Assembly (NCBI RefSeq): GCF_006345805.1
Contig: NC_043005.1
Coordinates: forward strand, 7,440,001-7,504,000
DNA length: 64,000 nt
Direction of reading: 5' to 3'
Source of the DNA: Octopus sinensis
Taxonomy: Eukaryota
In this document: in pieces, positions 1 through 64,000 of the stretch
Layout: each line of letters begins with the position of its first letter
Numbering within the stretch: the first letter of the stretch is position 1
The notes under the pieces: generated by a model
Databases searched by the model: none
The model's input: the letters and a program-made list of their open reading frames with translations, nothing else
What the model was told of the DNA's origin: nothing
Program-made: the position numbers and the translations under genes

Positions 1-715
1 CGACGAGAAGGTTTCACTTTGAAGTCGGCCTGTGTGTGTTTGATGGGGTGTGGGAGACAGACAGTATGTTGTGTAAGTGAAGTGCTTCTGTTAGTGTGCG
101 AAGAGACAGACATACATATACACATACACCGAGTAAAAAATTACGATGAATCGGCCATACATACATACACACACACACACATACATAGATACATACACAC
201 ACCACATACATACATACATACATACACACACACATACTTACACACACATAGATACATACACACACACACACATACATGCAGACATACATATACACATACA
301 CCGAGTAAAAAATTACACTGAATCGACCATACATACATACACACATACATACATACACACACACACATACACAGATACATACACACACACACATACATGC
401 AGACATACATATACACATACACCGAGTAAAAAATTACGATAAATCGGCCATACATACATACATACACACACACATACTTACACACACACACATACATAGA
501 TACATACACACACACATACATGCATATACACATACACCGAGTAAAAAATCAGTTATCTCTCTCTTTCACACATTACTCTCTCTGTCTCTTCGCACACACT
601 AACAGAAGCACTTCACTTACACAACATACTGTCTCCCACACCCCATCAAACACACACACATGTACATCAATGCTTCCCCTAGACGGTAACTTCAAAGACA
701 AACTTCCCTCGTCAT
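1..715. repeat. Compound tandem repeat: anchor CCGAGTAAAAAATTAC...AATCG.CCATAC plus (CA)/(TACA) microsatellite tracts
   Basis: The anchor recurs near 129, 301, 422 and 536 with variable-length microsatellite spacers. Confidence 0.85.
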
Positions 716-2299
716 AAAATTGCTTCCTCTTAGTCTCTTTCGCTCTCATTACTTATGTAAAAAAATAAAAGTTTTTTTACGGAAATCGACGGAAATCTGA
801 GCTACGACATGCGAAACTTCGCCCAAATATCTTACAAACTATAGACTTTTCTCAATAAAGCCAAGAGAAAAAGATGTTTTATAAATACATTCTACCAGTA
901 TACGAAGTTTAAAATTCTTTAGTTACCTAAAAATTATGTTAAAAACTGCCGTTCAAACAGAAAAGATCCAGAACTCGCCTCTAGTCACAAAAGAGTTTTG
1001 AGATTTACGTCACCCCCTCCCCCATTTGGCATTGTAAAATTTAAAAAATAATTGGGTTTATGTTTACTTTAATAGCCGGCCACAAAAAACAAAAGTGTCA
1101 CAGGTGTAAAAATATGTATATTAAACGAATGTGAAAACAAAAATTTGTACCAATACACTGGGGGTGGGGATGTTGAGAGGATTTTCGGAAAATTCACAAG
1201 ATCCGATTTGGTGAGAAAAACAAATTCATAAATACGGAGTTGAATATGGTTTCACTATGGAAAAAAAGTTAAGGGCGATTTAGCTGTTGTTTTTAGCACA
1301 TCTCCATCGTTGGGATCTTTTTAAAATGCTTTTTCTATTATTTAAAGGAAATAAAAAACGAATCTAAAAATTCTTTTTCAAACTTTTTTCCATTACATCC
1401 AAGCAAAAAATAATTTATGAATTTCTTTTCGAAAGTTTTCTCGCCACCCCTCAGAAAAAAATTTCCCCAGAATTTTTTTTATAATCGTAATCTATGCCGT
1501 TTGAAATATATTTATATAAAATTTCGGCGTAACTTTGGTATATGTACCGGTGTAAGTACCGGATACATTTCAAAAAAGTGTTTTTTTTTATATATATATG
1601 GGGGTGTTAGGGGTGGGTGGAAAGGGTTTCTGTTATCTTCAGAAATGTAAACAAAGTCACGTGTGTACATATACCGAAGTATCGCCAAAATTTCATTAGA
1701 AGCTATCCATTTTCCTAAAAGTTATGATGGAAAAAGTCGGATTTTGTGAATTTTCCGAAAGTCCTCTCCCCCACAACACCCGTTACACTTTTTTTTAAAT
1801 GTTTTGGTAGTCGGGTGTTAAAGCAAACATTAATTTATAACTTTAAAAAATTAATAGTGGCTGTTGTTCCAAAGGCACGATGCGGGAGGGGATAGTAGTA
1901 GAAGCAAAAAAAAAAAGAATTTAAGGAAGAAACCCCTCCGTCATTTTCAAAATGCGTGATACGAAAACGAAGAAAATCCAACCTGTGTGGGACAATTATT
2001 TCGAAAGTCTGCAGTTTTGCTCCGTTTTAAGAATATCTGCGCAGATATATATTTAACCTTTTATTGTGAAAAATATGGGTCATACATCGTAGTTTAGAAA
2101 CTATTTCTTGAGCCGTCTTGTTATTGTGATGTTCAACAAGTAATATCAAAAACTTTGTCTGTGGGACATGAATTACCGATATTTTCCACATTTCTTGCTT
2201 TCAATAATGTAAGAAAGAAGGGGGGAAATGATTGGGGCCACAAAATATCAGTAGTGTTAACGAAAGTCTATATTATAGACAATACGTTGGGTCTTTAAT

Positions 2300-3000
2300 A
2301 CTCACGAATATTGTATAAAAGATACCACTCCAAAAGCGGAAAGCGCTTGGCTGTGTGAAGGGAGACAATTCTCGCTACATCCCTTTTCATTAACGTTGGA
2401 TTTTGTTATCTGGTTTAGAGTCTGTGATAACGTATAGCCGTACTTATTGGTGGACCATTATTACTATGGTCAAGAACCTTGTTAAACTCTTCAATACTAT
2501 TGTCTACTAAGTCTGAGTTGTAGGGTAGAAGTACTTCTGTTTCATCAGCTAATAGAACTACTTTCTGTTTCATTGGTAACTTTTCTGACTCACAATAAAA
2601 CGTATTTTACCTATCCTTTTGGGCATTCCCAGTATGACGCCTTTTGCCAATTCTTTCAGCCATATTTACAGGTAAAAAACCATAATCCTATATTCTAAGT
2701 GGGGATCATATGGATGATCTGCTTTCAATAGTTGTAATTCTAAGTGTCTGACAGCGCTCATATGCCATGAGATTGTCGATATGTGAGGTTGGAAGTCTGG
2801 CGCTCAGTTTGCCAAAAGTAAGCGAATTCTTTGAATAAATGACTTGCTAAATTTCCACCCAATCGTTTGTCATGAGTTTAACTGGAATTCCAACTTTAAC
2901 AAATTGATATTTACAGTACTTTATGGTTTTGTTCTGTTGTGTATGAGAGCTTACCAAACTCAATGAATTCATCGTGGTAATCTACACCAGTCAATCAGTG
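2300..3000 (-). mobile_element. Degraded Penelope-like element fragment (tentative)
   Basis: Interrupted minus-strand translation such as ENCLPSHSQALSAF and QTSNLTYR resembles the linker before GIY-YIG in Penelope elements; similar in type to the 51200-51670 fragment. Confidence 0.35.
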
Positions 3001-4343
3001 AATGGACCCCATGATCTAATGATTGTGAGTGCAACAGCCTAACCACTAGGCTACATACCTTTACGGTAAAGAGGTACTAATGCTAAATATATACGTCAAT
3101 ATTAGTGATGCACTACAGGCAAGTCTAATAATGATAGTAGGCTCTACCGTTTTTAAAATTTTATTTGTTGTTTCTATGAAAGACATACTTCATTGTCATC
3201 CATTTCAAGCAGCAGCAAAGGTGCAAAAGTGCCCTTAATCCATATTTCAAACTAACAATCTAGGATTTTATAGATAATTCTATTTATGTCATTTTTTGTT
3301 ACTTTTTGTATTTTCTTTTCATTTTTGTTGTAACTACAAGGTTTGCCATGAGCAGAAAATGCCAGGGACCTACCTCAACTCAGTAGTATGCTTTACTGTT
3401 TTTTATTTATTTATGGATCCCACATTCTCTGGATAATAAACCTGAAAAATGTTTACCATTTACTCTACAGCAATGAAAGTAACACAAATTTCTCCAAGTA
3501 ATAATTGTTGGATTTTTGAAACTAAAAACTATACTTGAGTACTTGCTAAAGGACTTCCCAAGAGATCGTGTCTAGGATGGACTCTGTAAATGAACTGTGT
3601 TGCATTAAGGGAATGTTGCTATATTGTACAGTGAGGTATTTTATCAAGATAGGAGTAGAAATACTTCCTCAAGGAAAACTCTCTACATATGTACATCATT
3701 CCTGCAGTAATGATAAGGAAGAGACCTAAATGGTTTGACCATGTAATAAGAAAATTACAGAATAGTTGTGTAGCACAAACATCTTGCAAGACATTCCCAA
3801 ACCCTAGATCACATGGTCAACTGCTTAAGTGTTGGTCCTTCCAGATCTGTGAAAACTCTGGGCTAATTCTCTCAACAACATAAAGCAGAACATATGATCA
3901 AAAAGGATAGCAGTAGTCCAGCTAGTAGGGGAGAGAGAGAAATAGCTAGGATCTGAAATGGTCTGAGCTATTAAGAATAATACATCAGCTTGTGCACATG
4001 TACCCCACACATACAAAGGCACTTTGTCAATTGATTAGGTCTATTGATTTGGATCAGGATTGTAAGATCAAACACTCAATTTCCAGACAAACCTTGCATT
4101 CTCCTTTTAAGTAAGACACTTCATTTCACATTGTTCCAGATCACTTAACTATGTGTATGCACCATCAACAGCTAGGGTTGACCTTGTAACAAATTGGCAT
4201 TCTATTCAGTGGGGAGTCTTGGGCACTCAGTTGCTTAAATGCCTTGGAAACCAGAATATGTTCCAGCCTAATGAGCTTGTAGGCTTGTGAGAGAAATAAA
4301 CTTTTTTTAATGCTTGGATGCATGTATATATACATACATGCCC

Positions 4344-4660
4344 CAGACCGGGCGTCGTGAGTGTTTATTGAACGAAAAACACCTAAAGCTCCACGAGGCT
4401 CCGGCAGGGATGGTGGTGATCCCTGCTGTACTCTTTCACCACAACTTTCTCTCATTCTTACTTCCTGTTTCTGTTGTACCTGTATTTCAAAGGGCCGGCC
4501 TTGTCACTCTCTGTGTCATGCTGAATATCCCCGAGAACTACGTTAAGGGTACACGTGTCTGTGGAATGCTCAGCCACTTACACGTTAATTTCACAAGCAG
4601 GCTGTTCCGTTGATCGGATCAACTGGAACCCTCATCGTCGTAACCGACGGAGTGCTTCCA
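4344..4660 (+). mobile_element. SINE body (family also at about 6075-6365, 24230-24550, 32094-32412, 47520-47790)
   Basis: Nearly the same sequence is at 32094-32412. Related copies carry tRNA-like heads with A/B-box-like motifs, for example at 24235-24300. Confidence 0.8.
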
Positions 4661-5265
4661 TCCACATACATGCATATATTCACAGATGAATGTTTGTTTG
4701 TATGTATATGTGAATGCATGTGCATTTGTGATTTGAAGAAAGATAGATGTGAATGAATGATAGGAATACATACACTTCTCTAATTGGAATGTAAAATGTT
4801 ACTTGCTGGATTAAATAAGATAATGGCAGGTGGAAGATTTGGTGATAGCCTTTAGCTAAATGAATATAAATATAATCAATTAAATATTTATGTCTTACAA
4901 GGTTTTACATTTTTAGTGAACCAGTACATTTGCATGGGTTCCAAATGCTTCATGGAGAGACAGTATTACAGAATTTCAGTAAGAAAATAGATTGTTGTAA
5001 CAAACTGGAGGATTTAATTCTTTATTCAGAAATTTTCAATCATAAGAGTTTATAGGGAAAATGGCAATTAGAAAATATGAGAGTTTCAAATCAAACAAGA
5101 TTTTCATGCTTTCTGTGTTTTAGGGCACAGAAACCTGTCTAAGTTTATTGTTGATTATAGTCTCAGTTGCATAACATATATTTAGTAATAAAGATTTCTA
5201 TATGAAAGAACATAAAAGAAGTTTACTTATGTGAATAAAAATATAATTAAAGATAATTTCTAGAG

Positions 5266-63449
<58,184 letters not shown>

Positions 63450-64000
63450 CTGTAATTACAGAGAGAATGCTAACAATATTTTCATGAGATCAATAAATTC
63501 CTAGATACAAAAGTTAAGTAATTTAGAGCAGATGCTCAGAGGATGTGACATTTTTTCATAAGGCATAACTAGTATGAGTGGAGTGAGATGGTTTCTAGTG
63601 GAAACTAGACTTTTCAGATTTTGCTTTCTAGTAACTTATGTCTTAAATAAGTCTCTTTGTTAGAAGATTTATAGCCAATTAAATCAACTCAATTGTACAT
63701 ATTCTTCCTTTTTGTGGTAAATTATCAATGGAGAACTTGAAACTGAATGGAAACAGGATGAAACTGAAACATGAATGGAAATTGAATCTGGTAGGATCTG
63801 ACCTTAAAGTGGGAAAATATTAAAGCCATTCACGCTCACCACATCCCACCAGATAGTGTAAAGATTTATAAGAATTAGAAAGTGATACATTCATTTTATA
63901 TAAGAAATAACTAAAGACTTGTTGAAGTTAGATCCAGATTGCAGTGAGCTTACCACTTACTTTCTTGATCTATTAAATTGTTCACAAATAACCAGTCAAC

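Noticed and set aside
14-533. Cys/Val/Tyr- and His/Thr-rich ORFs, and similar poly-amino-acid ORFs across the window
   Set aside because: They are translations of microsatellites, with no splice or domain support.
3405-3441. Alternative terminal exon (SLLSRECGIHK*)
   Set aside because: It is phase-compatible but has a weaker acceptor and lies beyond the better candidate and its poly(A) signal.
63954-64000. Possible upstream LRR exon ending at donors 63960 or 63953
   Set aside because: The phase-2 frame at the first donor has a stop, and the other reading is not LRR-like; the sequence is cut off by the window edge.

Overview
AT-rich, microsatellite- and SINE-dense eukaryotic DNA. The repeat families and gene style point to an octopus (coleoid cephalopod); this is an inference. 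Almost the whole window (5266-63449) is one minus-strand adhesion-class GPCR gene. I reconstructed it by hand as 19 GT-AG exons whose phases all join into one open frame (2,779 nt, about 925 codons in the window); the N-terminus lies beyond base 64000. Its extracellular architecture is unusual: [LRRs off-window]-LRRCT, a 12-Cys Ly6/uPAR (three-finger) domain, a SEA-like domain, HormR, GAIN with an intact GPS (HL|TSFALLM), 7TM, and a short tail. The accessory domains are bounded by phase-1 introns. The introns hold CR1, RTE/BovB-like, R4/Dong-like, Tx1/L1-like and Penelope-like retroelement fragments, mariner, hAT and Helitron-type DNA elements, and many tRNA-derived SINEs. Non-coding highlights are a 324-bp near-perfect palindrome carrying a complete minimal hammerhead ribozyme motif in each arm (48451-48774), a perfect 77-bp inverted duplication, a foldback element, and inverted element pairs bracketing blocks of exons. 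All calls were made by eye; no searches were run.
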